Shown in pieces: positions 1 through 8,920 of a DNA stretch of 64,000 nt. The stretch is from a virus. The stretch is from IMG/VR virus record IMGVR_UViG_3300027708_000063, positions 7,222-71,221 of that record. The stretch is one strand, 5' to 3'. A program made the translations under genes and the position numbers. Position 1 is the stretch's first letter, and each line of letters begins with the position of its first letter. The notes below the pieces were generated by a model that was given only the letters and a program-made list of their open reading frames with translations, did no database searches and was not told the DNA's origin.

Positions 1-1
1 A

Positions 2-1603
2 ACAGGCGTATATGCTATAACAGTGGTCAGTGGCGGAACCAATTATCTCAATGGTGATACACTATCTATTCCTACACTACAGTTCCTGGGTGTAGCAGGA
101 CAAGGTGATATTGCTGTAACTGTTACTACCAATGGTATGGGAATGGTAACAACTGCTACAACCACTATCACTAGCACTTGGGCTAATATCCAGTTAATAA
201 TTAATAGCCCCTACAATTTTACCACATCCACTAGTACATTAAAAGTCTATGAAAATACCAACAATGACGGATTTATCTGGACACCAAACTGGAACACGGC
301 CATTGGCGGATCAACTGGTACAGATGGTTTCTACGCATTGGCCATAGACACGGATGATAATGTTATTGTTGGTGGATACTATGAAGATACTGGATTGCCA
401 CAAACTGTTCAAGGACCTCCAGCTAATGTGACATGGGATCAGACCAGTATGTTGGTCAAATATTCCAGCACTGGAACACAGCAGTGGTCGTTATGTTTAG
501 ATGGCACAGAAGGTTATGGAACTGTAACAGGTATTGTAACAGATCCTGACAACAATATCTATGCCATGAAACAAAATAGCGGTAGTTCTAATTATCTAAT
601 GAAATTAGATGCAGGTGGTAATATGTTATGGCAAGTCAATATAGGATATGATCGATATTTCAACGGCGGCGATCACGGCATTGCCATAGACAGCGATCGT
701 AATATCTTAATTGGCGGCCAGTACTACGGTGACCTATTGTTTAACGATGAACACAACGGTAATGATGGTATCCTACTCAACAAGTTTGACACAGATGGTA
801 ACTTGCTATGGACCAGACTAATATATAGTAGAGTTAATGATATTCGCCAGGGCCGAAACGATGAGTATCGCAACACCATTGACATCCACGGTGATAGATT
901 CAGTGTAATTGGATACAGCAAGGCGGTGGGCAACGACGGTTATCAAGGTTTCTACGCCGACTTACCATTAGATGGCAGCGGCACGGGTAACTACAATGAC
1001 TATATATACGAACAGGTTGAACTGCCAATCGATCGTACCACAACAGGTACAATAGTCACAGCATTTGTAACAGAAACAAAACCACACGCATTTACAGTAA
1101 CTAATGAAGCAAATGTATTGACTATCTATGCTGATAGACAGACCAAGACGGAAACTGTTTATGAGGACATGGGTGGTGAAATTACTTCTGTTAGCAAGAT
1201 TGTATTTGAAGACGGTACAGAGCAAACATCAAGTGCTCAAGATATTCCTCAAGTGGATATAAGCCGTGTTAATGGTAACAGCGATTATATTTTACGAATG
1301 GAAGATCGCGGACATCATGTGTACAGTGGTATATACTGGAGTTGGTCATATGTCCGAGTTCCAAGAAACAGTGATGTGCCATTCCCAATAGGTACTGCTA
1401 TCACTATTGTAAGCGGTGACTATGATGTGGTAATTGGCCCCCAACACGCCGGCGATACAAGTGTTTATGGTGCCGGACAAGGCAACGACAATCAAGGATG
1501 GTGGATACCTGGTAGATCAATGGCCACATTGATCAAGATTGAACAGGATGTTTGGATGCTGGCAGGTGCCGGACTAGGCACTGGAAGATACTGGAGTCCT
1601 TAA
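2..1603 (+). CDS. Virion structural/tail-fibre-associated protein with beta-propeller repeats; probably truncated at the window start
   Basis: The frame is open from the window edge. It has repeated (I/V)xxDxDxNIxxxG...L(V/M)K(Y/L/F)DxxGNxLW propeller blades and a C-terminal 'VPFPIGTAITI...ATLIKIEQDVWMLAGAG' module typical of phage fibre termini. Confidence 0.6.
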   Translation, partial: TGVYAITVVSGGTNYLNGDTLSIPTLQFLGVAGQGDIAVTVTTNGMGMVTTATTTITSTWANIQLIINSPYNFTTSTSTLKVYENTNNDGFIWTPNWNTAIGGSTGTDGFYALAIDTDDNVIVGGYYEDTGLPQTVQGPPANVTWDQTSMLVKYSSTGTQQWSLCLDGTEGYGTVTGIVTDPDNNIYAMKQNSGSSNYLMKLDAGGNMLWQVNIGYDRYFNGGDHGIAIDSDRNILIGGQYYGDLLFNDEHNGNDGILLNKFDTDGNLLWTRLIYSRVNDIRQGRNDEYRNTIDIHGDRFSVIGYSKAVGNDGYQGFYADLPLDGSGTGNYNDYIYEQVELPIDRTTTGTIVTAFVTETKPHAFTVTNEANVLTIYADRQTKTETVYEDMGGEITSVSKIVFEDGTEQTSSAQDIPQVDISRVNGNSDYILRMEDRGHHVYSGIYWSWSYVRVPRNSDVPFPIGTAITIVSGDYDVVIGPQHAGDTSVYGAGQGNDNQGWWIPGRSMATLIKIEQDVWMLAGAGLGTGRYWSP

Positions 1604-1605
1604 AC

Positions 1606-4377
1606 ATGAGTATTATATCAGCGGTCATAGGGGCAGTGTCCAGCAATTCTGTCCCAACTTATACAATAGCACCGGCAACAACCAGCACCAACGAAGGTAG
1701 TAGTTTGACATTTAATGTCACTGGTACAAACATTGTTAACGGTACATACTATTGGACTATAGAAACTAACAGTGGTGATTTTGAAACAACTAGTGGATCA
1801 TTTGCTATTACAAGTAATGCTGGTACATTTACAGTAACACCAACTGCTGATCATTTGACAGAAGGAGCAGAAACGTTTACAGTAGCTCTACGTTCAGTTA
1901 GTACTAGTGGCACAATATTAATAACCAGTAGTAATGTTACTATTAATGATACCAGTCTTGCTCCGGAGCCACCGTTTAGTTTAAACTTCCCAGCAGGCAA
2001 TCCATATCTACTAGTATCCAACACACAGAGCGATTGGAATCTAGGTACAACCTATACTATTGAGTATTGGAGTAAAGGTGGTAATGCCAGCACTGGTGCC
2101 ATACGAACTGTAATGTCACAAACCGCCTCCCCAGGCAGTATAGATCTAGGTTATGCCTACGAAAATTTACTGTGGAATAATAGCCAACCAAGCTATGCCG
2201 AACCTACACCAGGAACATGGACCCACGTGGCCTGGGTGCGTGAATCCGGCAGTGGCAGTGTCACCTTATACTACAATGGAGTAAATCAAACAACATTCAA
2301 TGCAGGTAATCCATTGACTGACGGTGGATCGGATCTATATATTGGTAAACGAGGACCAGGAGTAAGCGGTCAAGGTTTCTACGGTAAACTGGCCATGGTC
2401 AGAATCAGCAACACTGCCAAATATGTGGCCAACTTTAGTCCGTCGCTGTCTTACGGTGTTGAGGCAGACACTCAACTGATGTTGGGTAGTGATAATCCCC
2501 TAACTGACCTAGCTCTTTATGAATTGAATGGTGTGGTTCCGTCCAACCAAAACGGTAACAATCTCTATTTTTCCAAAGCAACATATCCTAATCTAAATAC
2601 TCAAATACAGGCAGGCAACACTGTAGCAGAGCAATCTGGTCTTTTTGGATTCATTTCAACCGTTGTAGCAGTTACCTCAGCAGATATTTCAAATTGGGGA
2701 GTAAACGTTTCACCTTCCCTGCCCTATGTGGCCGCGGTAAACTTCAGCGGTGCTGGAAGACATCCTATTAGCAATGGCGGAGCAGTGGTCAGCGGTGACT
2801 TCCCAAGTTATCAAAGTCTGGTGTTTAATCAGCCAGAGCAAGATTTCCTGTCTACACCAGCCAGTGCTGACTGGAATTTGGGCACAACCTATACTATAGA
2901 GTTCTGGATCAAAGCTAACCATGCTTCCGGCGACAATATTCACATCCCAGGCGGACAATGGGGCTTGATCAATCAAAATGGTTGGTATGGCGGTAGTGGC
3001 GGGCTAGCCAACAGTATATTGATTGGTTTGTCTGCCAACAAATTGACCATTGCTCAGGACCCTAATAATGACATACAATTTGCTGAACCCACAGCAGGGG
3101 TATGGACACACGTGGCCTTTGTCAACAACGGCGGCGGCTCTGCACAGAAAGTCTACTACAATGGTGTTGAGCAGACGAAGGTTTCGGGATCTTATCAATC
3201 AAACGGTTGGACCAACACCACAGCCACTCTGTATATCGGACGTCTTGCTCCAGTCTATGGCAGTCACTTTGATGGAAAGCTGGCCATGGTTAGAATCAGT
3301 AATACAGCCAAATATTTGAATACATTTACATCTACCACTTCATATGGCGTTGAAGCAGATACTAAACTGTTCTTGGGCAAAGTCGATCCAACTGTTGATA
3401 GCCTAGCTCACGCTATTACCAATAATGGTGTAGCTTTAATTAGTGATTTTCCTGTACCAGCCAGTATAACAATAACCAATGTGTCAATAAGTGGAAATCC
3501 TAATCCACCGGTAACTGTTGATTTTACTTCCACTGTGTCGGCAACTACAACTGGAACTATTTTCTTTGCCTGGGGGAATGGAACTAGCGGTCCTTACACA
3601 CTAACAGTCAATCCAGGATCTAATGTATATACTAGCCCTGGACTTTCAAATTTGAATAGTAGTGGTATTGATTTCATTACACAAATAACCATTGCTTCCG
3701 GACCCAATGCCTGTACCAGTAATATCTTTACCAGTGCTTGGGACGTTGTCTGTCTTGTAGAAGGCACAATGATTACCCTAGCTGACGGATCACATAAAGC
3801 TATCGAAGAAATCAAGTACACTGATTTAATCCGTGTATGGAACTTTGACCTTGGCGAGTTTAGTGAAGCACTTCCTGTATTTGTTAAACGAGAAGAAACA
3901 TACGCTAAACATTATCGATTCACATTCAGTGATGGAACTGTATTACGCACAGTTGGACACCAGGTGTTTAATAAACAAGCAGGCGAGTTTACCATGTTGA
4001 TTAGAGACACAACGCCTGTGGGAACTATTACATTTAATGAACAGGGTGAAGAAGTTACATTAATCTCAAAAGAAATTATTGAAGAACCTGTAAATTTTTA
4101 CAATGTATGGACACAGTATCATTTGAATATGTTTGCTGATGGCATATTGACCAGCAATAGATTTAACAACATCTATCCTATCCGTGATATGAAGTTTGTC
4201 AAAGATGCTAGAGCTTTACGACCATTAGAAGAATTTGCAGACATTGATCCTAAGTATATCTCAGGACTGCGTCTACAAGAACAGCCTAAACATTATACAT
4301 CTGAATACATTAAAGATTATGTAGACAATAAGTTAGTAAGGTTAGATGTTGCTAACACATCAAAAGCTCTGTCATAA
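1606..4377 (+). CDS. Fibre/adhesin with Calx-beta-like N-terminus, two LamG (concanavalin-like) domains and a C-terminal Hint domain
   Basis: ATG at 1606 follows the upstream stop. 'TEGAETFTVAL' is Calx-like, there are two 'TYTIE(Y/F)W...WTHVA..V...YYNGV...GKLAMVRISN' LamG repeats, and a Hint CLVEGT...TVGH...ILTSN at 3751-4158. Confidence 0.7.
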   Translation: MSIISAVIGAVSSNSVPTYTIAPATTSTNEGSSLTFNVTGTNIVNGTYYWTIETNSGDFETTSGSFAITSNAGTFTVTPTADHLTEGAETFTVALRSVSTSGTILITSSNVTINDTSLAPEPPFSLNFPAGNPYLLVSNTQSDWNLGTTYTIEYWSKGGNASTGAIRTVMSQTASPGSIDLGYAYENLLWNNSQPSYAEPTPGTWTHVAWVRESGSGSVTLYYNGVNQTTFNAGNPLTDGGSDLYIGKRGPGVSGQGFYGKLAMVRISNTAKYVANFSPSLSYGVEADTQLMLGSDNPLTDLALYELNGVVPSNQNGNNLYFSKATYPNLNTQIQAGNTVAEQSGLFGFISTVVAVTSADISNWGVNVSPSLPYVAAVNFSGAGRHPISNGGAVVSGDFPSYQSLVFNQPEQDFLSTPASADWNLGTTYTIEFWIKANHASGDNIHIPGGQWGLINQNGWYGGSGGLANSILIGLSANKLTIAQDPNNDIQFAEPTAGVWTHVAFVNNGGGSAQKVYYNGVEQTKVSGSYQSNGWTNTTATLYIGRLAPVYGSHFDGKLAMVRISNTAKYLNTFTSTTSYGVEADTKLFLGKVDPTVDSLAHAITNNGVALISDFPVPASITITNVSISGNPNPPVTVDFTSTVSATTTGTIFFAWGNGTSGPYTLTVNPGSNVYTSPGLSNLNSSGIDFITQITIASGPNACTSNIFTSAWDVVCLVEGTMITLADGSHKAIEEIKYTDLIRVWNFDLGEFSEALPVFVKREETYAKHYRFTFSDGTVLRTVGHQVFNKQAGEFTMLIRDTTPVGTITFNEQGEEVTLISKEIIEEPVNFYNVWTQYHLNMFADGILTSNRFNNIYPIRDMKFVKDARALRPLEEFADIDPKYISGLRLQEQPKHYTSEYIKDYVDNKLVRLDVANTSKALS

Positions 4378-4389
4378 GGAACATGATCA

Positions 4390-5178
4390 ATGCCACGTCC
4401 AACTAAAACATCAATACCCAAGTATCACTGGCGTCCAGATCGTCCTGATGCTAGAGATCATATCTATGATCCTGCCAAGCTAGGTGCTGCACCTCCTACA
4501 CTGGCCGCAGCAGTTGATCTAAGACCTAAGTGTAGTGCTATTGAAGATCAAGGTCAGTTAGGCAGTTGTACTGGTAATGCCATTGCTGGATTGATTGAAT
4601 ACTTGGACCGCAAGGCAAACAAGAATTTAGAAGTCAGCCGTTTGTTTATCTATTATCAAGAAAGACTGTTAGAAGGTACAGTGAACTACGATGCTGGAGC
4701 ATACATTCGCGACGGTATTAAAGCAGTTAATATATACGGAGCACCATTGGAAAGTCTATGGCCCTATACTATTGGTAGATTTGCCACACGCCCAACTACT
4801 GCGGCATATACAGATGCTGCCAAACGCAAGGCAGGTGCTTACCAACGTGTGACCAACTTTGCCGGAGTTAAGACAGCATTGGCACAGGGCTATCCAGTAG
4901 TAGTAGGTTTCACTGTGTATGAGAGTTTTGAAGGGAACATTAACAACACAACAGGTATGATGCCTTATCCAAATACTGCTACTGAACAGGTGTTGGGCGG
5001 ACATGCTGTGGCCATCGTAGGCTACAATGATAATCTAAATGGTGGACGATTTATCTGCCGTAATAGTTGGAGCACACGGTGGGGTGATCGTGGATATTTT
5101 TACATGCCGTATGATGTAATAAGGAATACTGCCATGAGTAGTGATTTCTGGATTATTACATCTGTCACGAATCCTTAA
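4390..5178 (+). CDS. Papain-family (C1A) cysteine peptidase
   Basis: Catalytic motifs DQGQLGSCTGNA (Gln/Cys), GGHAVAIVGY (His) and RNSWSTRWGDRGY (Asn). Confidence 0.9.
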   Translation: MPRPTKTSIPKYHWRPDRPDARDHIYDPAKLGAAPPTLAAAVDLRPKCSAIEDQGQLGSCTGNAIAGLIEYLDRKANKNLEVSRLFIYYQERLLEGTVNYDAGAYIRDGIKAVNIYGAPLESLWPYTIGRFATRPTTAAYTDAAKRKAGAYQRVTNFAGVKTALAQGYPVVVGFTVYESFEGNINNTTGMMPYPNTATEQVLGGHAVAIVGYNDNLNGGRFICRNSWSTRWGDRGYFYMPYDVIRNTAMSSDFWIITSVTNP

Positions 5179-5208
5179 ACAGAGTTATCCCGGCAGTTAA
5201 ATACTGCT

Positions 5209-5964
5209 ATGACAACTACACATTGGGCCGCCCGCAGCCTTCATTGGAAAACAATGGGGCCACCATTACAACCAAATCAAGAAATCGTTGACTGTTTTCA
5301 CAGCATAATTCCCTGCTCAAAACACATAATGCTAATGGGTGTAACCCCGCAGATTGCCAATGCCTATGCCAATGTTACCGCAGTGGACCGTGAGCCAGCC
5401 ATGATTGCCAATGTGTGGCCTGGTGATACAGCAACCAAAAGAGCAATCAATGCCAACTGGCTATCTGTAGATTTACCAGCAGAATCATTTGACGGGGTAA
5501 TAGGTGATGGCAGCATTAATATGTTAGACATCAGTGATGTGTCCTTCATGTTCAAACGAGCAATATCAATGCTAAAACCCGGGGGCGTATTTGCCTGCAG
5601 AATGTTCACTCGACCCGACACGCCTGTCAAATTAGATCAACTGTATCAAGAAGCCGTAACTCCCACAGTTAACTTTTCCGCATATAGAAGACTGTTGCCC
5701 ATGTATCTAGCAGAAGTTCACGGACCAGTTGTACCAGTTAGTCAAATATCAACTCTGTTTGATCAACTGTGCCCTGACAGGAGTCAGGTGTCTTGGACTG
5801 CTGAACAGTTGTCCAAAATAGATGACTATCGTAATTCAGATACAACTACTTGGTTTCCAACTCGTGATGAGATATTAAAGTTGTCTCCTAAAGGAAGTAG
5901 ATTCGTTGATGTGGGCACTTATGACATTGCTGATACCTGTCCTATACTGACTTTTACCAAATGA
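5209..5964 (+). CDS. Class I SAM-dependent methyltransferase-like protein
   Basis: Rossmann MTase motifs 'LMGVTP', 'TAVD', 'ESFDGVIGD' and 'LKPGGVF'. Confidence 0.7.
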   Translation: MTTTHWAARSLHWKTMGPPLQPNQEIVDCFHSIIPCSKHIMLMGVTPQIANAYANVTAVDREPAMIANVWPGDTATKRAINANWLSVDLPAESFDGVIGDGSINMLDISDVSFMFKRAISMLKPGGVFACRMFTRPDTPVKLDQLYQEAVTPTVNFSAYRRLLPMYLAEVHGPVVPVSQISTLFDQLCPDRSQVSWTAEQLSKIDDYRNSDTTTWFPTRDEILKLSPKGSRFVDVGTYDIADTCPILTFTK

Positions 5965-7256
5965 AAGAACAATTAGAACATCTTATTGAGCACCTAGATA
6001 AGACACAGTGGTGGCCTTTGGCTAAACTGGAATATGCACAAGAGAAAGAACTGGTCAATGTGGTCAAACATCATGCTGCCCATACTGAACATTTTAAACA
6101 GAGATTGCAAGAGCAGGGCCTGACTGCTCTTGATGTTATTACGCTAGGAGGCTTGGCCCAATTAAAGCCCTTTACCAAACGCGATATACAAACAGCAGGC
6201 GATGCATTTAACTCTGCGGTAGTCCCTCCTTCTCACTTGCCTGTATCAATATCGCAAAGCAGTGGCAGTACTGGACAGCCGGTAACAGTAAAACGAACCA
6301 TGATCAGTGAACTGTTTTGGGGAGCATTGGCTGTGCGTGATCATCAATGGTATAATAGGGATTACACGGGCAAGCTGACTGCTATCCGTGTGTTACCGGA
6401 ATATAAACAAGTTGATCAATGGGGGCCTCCTGTGTCCTTGTTGTATGGTAGCGGTGCCGCCCAGGCTATTCCGGTAAGCACAGATATAAAACAACAGGTG
6501 CAATTGCTAAAAGAATTCCAACCCAACATCATTATAGTTCATGCAGGTGCCTTGGCAGCAATAGTGGAAGAATGGGCTAGGGATGGATACTCACTGACCA
6601 ACCTTGAACATATTAAGAATGTAGGGGACACTGTGAGACAGCCACTCCGTGATCGTGTGCGTGAAGTTACAGGGCTAGAAATAGAAGACAACTACAGCAG
6701 CAGTGAAGTAGGATGTATGGCTATACAATGTCCAACAAGCGGCCTATATCATATAATGAGCGAAAGCCTTATAGTAGAAATACTTGACCAGAACGGGCAA
6801 TCCTGTAAAGAGGGTGAAGTCGGCCGTGTGGTAGTTACAGATTTGTACAATGCGGCCAGTCCTATTATACGCTATGACTTGGGTGATCACGCAGAAGTTG
6901 GCAGCACCTGTACATGTGGTAGGCATTTACCTACTATCAAAAGAGTATTAGGTAGAGATCGCAATTTGCTAACACGTCCGGACGGAACCCGCTTTTGGCC
7001 ACCTGGTGGTAGAAAAACATTGGAAAAATACAATGTTACTCAATGGCAAGTCGTACAATATGCTGTTGATGATTTGGAATATCGAATTGTTAGGGATGAA
7101 CCTCTTACCAAAGAACAACACACACAACTGACCGCGGAAGTTAACAGTATGTTAAAATTCCCGGGCACTATTAGATTGGTAGAAATGACTGAAATACCGT
7201 TAGGTAAGAGCGGAAAGTATGAAGAAAGTATATGTTTAATCAAGGAAACACAATGA
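5961..7256 (+). CDS. Phenylacetate-CoA ligase / CapK-like adenylate-forming enzyme
   Basis: ANL-family motifs SSGSTGQP (P-loop), YSSSEVG, 'PIIRYDLGD' and 'CTCGRHLP...LGR'. Confidence 0.85.
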   Translation: MKEQLEHLIEHLDKTQWWPLAKLEYAQEKELVNVVKHHAAHTEHFKQRLQEQGLTALDVITLGGLAQLKPFTKRDIQTAGDAFNSAVVPPSHLPVSISQSSGSTGQPVTVKRTMISELFWGALAVRDHQWYNRDYTGKLTAIRVLPEYKQVDQWGPPVSLLYGSGAAQAIPVSTDIKQQVQLLKEFQPNIIIVHAGALAAIVEEWARDGYSLTNLEHIKNVGDTVRQPLRDRVREVTGLEIEDNYSSSEVGCMAIQCPTSGLYHIMSESLIVEILDQNGQSCKEGEVGRVVVTDLYNAASPIIRYDLGDHAEVGSTCTCGRHLPTIKRVLGRDRNLLTRPDGTRFWPPGGRKTLEKYNVTQWQVVQYAVDDLEYRIVRDEPLTKEQHTQLTAEVNSMLKFPGTIRLVEMTEIPLGKSGKYEESICLIKETQ

Positions 7257-7714
7257 CAGTAATAACAAAAGAAACACACCTGCGCACAGTTGCTAAAACT
7301 GTCATATATAGGATTTTATCCATAATAGTTACAATGGCGTTGACATTGGTATTTGGGGGTAGTCCTCTACAAGCTGTGCAGTTTGGCCTAGTATCGCTGA
7401 TCATCGGTTCGAGTCACTATTATATCTATGATAGAATTTGGCAGTTTATATCTTGGCAAAGATCTGCTGATGGCCGCGACACTAAATTTCGTAGTGTAGT
7501 CAAAGCTGTAGTATATAGGATCACAGTGATATTAGTGATCATGGTCACAGCCCGTATGATATTTGCAGACAATAATCTAACAGCATTTTTAGTAGCTACT
7601 ACAAAGTTTGCTATAAACACTGCTACCTATTATGTATTAGAACGCATCTTTAACCGTACCAATTGGGGATTAGCTAACAAACCTGCAGACACCGGGCTAA
7701 ATACAGAATCATAA
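7253..7714 (+). CDS. Membrane protein with two DUF2061-like repeats
   Basis: Two copies of '(E/D)T..R(T/S)V.K.V.YRI...YY..(D/E)RI(W/F)...W'. ATG at 7253 overlaps the upstream stop. Confidence 0.65.
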   Translation: MTVITKETHLRTVAKTVIYRILSIIVTMALTLVFGGSPLQAVQFGLVSLIIGSSHYYIYDRIWQFISWQRSADGRDTKFRSVVKAVVYRITVILVIMVTARMIFADNNLTAFLVATTKFAINTATYYVLERIFNRTNWGLANKPADTGLNTES

Positions 7715-7728
7715 TCGAGGATTAACTC

Positions 7729-8049
7729 ATGTCAGTAATTTATAGAAAAGGTGCCTACTACCCAGGTACCACCCAGAATCAAACTACAACCAGCACCAGT
7801 GCAATTTCAGCAGCATTTGGCTCTAGCACCAGTATTATTCGTATTGCTGTACAGAATGATACATATATAAAGCCCACTGCCAGCACTGGTACTACAGCTA
7901 CTACTAGCCATATGATTATTCCAGGTGGCGGCGCAGAATTCCTTGCAGTTGATCCAGGAACTTACCTAGCACATAAACTAGTATCGTCATCTGGTTGGAT
8001 TTCTATTACAGAACTGGCCGTATCTACACAAGAACAAAACGGACAATAA
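7729..8049 (+). CDS. Hypothetical small virion-associated protein
   Basis: ORF with RBS gagga and an upstream TAAATA. Ser/Thr-rich beta-type sequence. Confidence 0.5.
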   Translation: MSVIYRKGAYYPGTTQNQTTTSTSAISAAFGSSTSIIRIAVQNDTYIKPTASTGTTATTSHMIIPGGGAEFLAVDPGTYLAHKLVSSSGWISITELAVSTQEQNGQ

Positions 8050-8051
8050 GC

Positions 8052-8825
8052 ATGTGGACTAGACCAGGTCGTGTTAAACCAGCAGGAAGCGTCCAAACAG
8101 GTAAACCTGCGGCTACTGCTATTACAGTTATTACCGGCGGACTAATATTAAACTTAGATGCTCGCAATATTAATAGCTATCCGGGATCTGGAACAGTTTG
8201 GAAAGATTTAACCAGTAACCGCAGTAACGCTACCTTATATAACGGTGTTAGTTACGGCGCAGGCTACGGTGGAGCACTATCATTCAGTGGAGCAGGTACT
8301 GCTCCTGCTCCGGGTACAGTTGGCTCTGTCCAATACGGACAAGTAACTACAGGAACTTATTTCTCTGGGGATTTTACAATACAAAGTTGGGTATATGTAA
8401 CAGGAGTTAATCTATGGCAGCGTATTATAGATTTTGGGAATGGTGCCAGTGTACAGAGCATATTACTATCAACTACCTATGGCATCTCGGGCGCTCCGGG
8501 ATTATATATTGAAGGATCGCAATTCCAATCAAGTAAAACACTACAGTTAAATGCGTGGAATCAAGTATGTGCAACATACTCTACTTCTACAAGAGTGGGT
8601 ACTATTTTTGTAAATGGTGTTGCTGCTGGTTCTCAATCAGCAATGCCCATCCCCACAAACACTCCTAGAGCCTATTGTTATATTGGCCGTAGCGAGTGGG
8701 CCGGAGACGGCATGTTCCAAGGCGGCATTGGGTCACTACAGATATATAACCGTGCATTAACTTCTACTGAAATGTTATCAAATTACAATACAACCAAGAG
8801 TTATTACACTCCGTTGGGTACATAA
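8052..8825 (+). CDS. LamG/concanavalin-like domain virion protein
   Basis: 'GLILNLDA...SYPGSGTVWKDL', 'FTIQSWV' and 'QIYNRALT..E...NY' LamG signature. The ATG at 8052 is the likely start. Confidence 0.75.
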   Translation: MWTRPGRVKPAGSVQTGKPAATAITVITGGLILNLDARNINSYPGSGTVWKDLTSNRSNATLYNGVSYGAGYGGALSFSGAGTAPAPGTVGSVQYGQVTTGTYFSGDFTIQSWVYVTGVNLWQRIIDFGNGASVQSILLSTTYGISGAPGLYIEGSQFQSSKTLQLNAWNQVCATYSTSTRVGTIFVNGVAAGSQSAMPIPTNTPRAYCYIGRSEWAGDGMFQGGIGSLQIYNRALTSTEMLSNYNTTKSYYTPLGT

Positions 8826-8920
8826 ACAATACTGAAGGTAACAACTAGTAATCTGATCAATTAGGTTAGATTTAACTCAAGAACTTTGATTATCAACTCT
8901 ACCAACGTATAATTAGTAGC

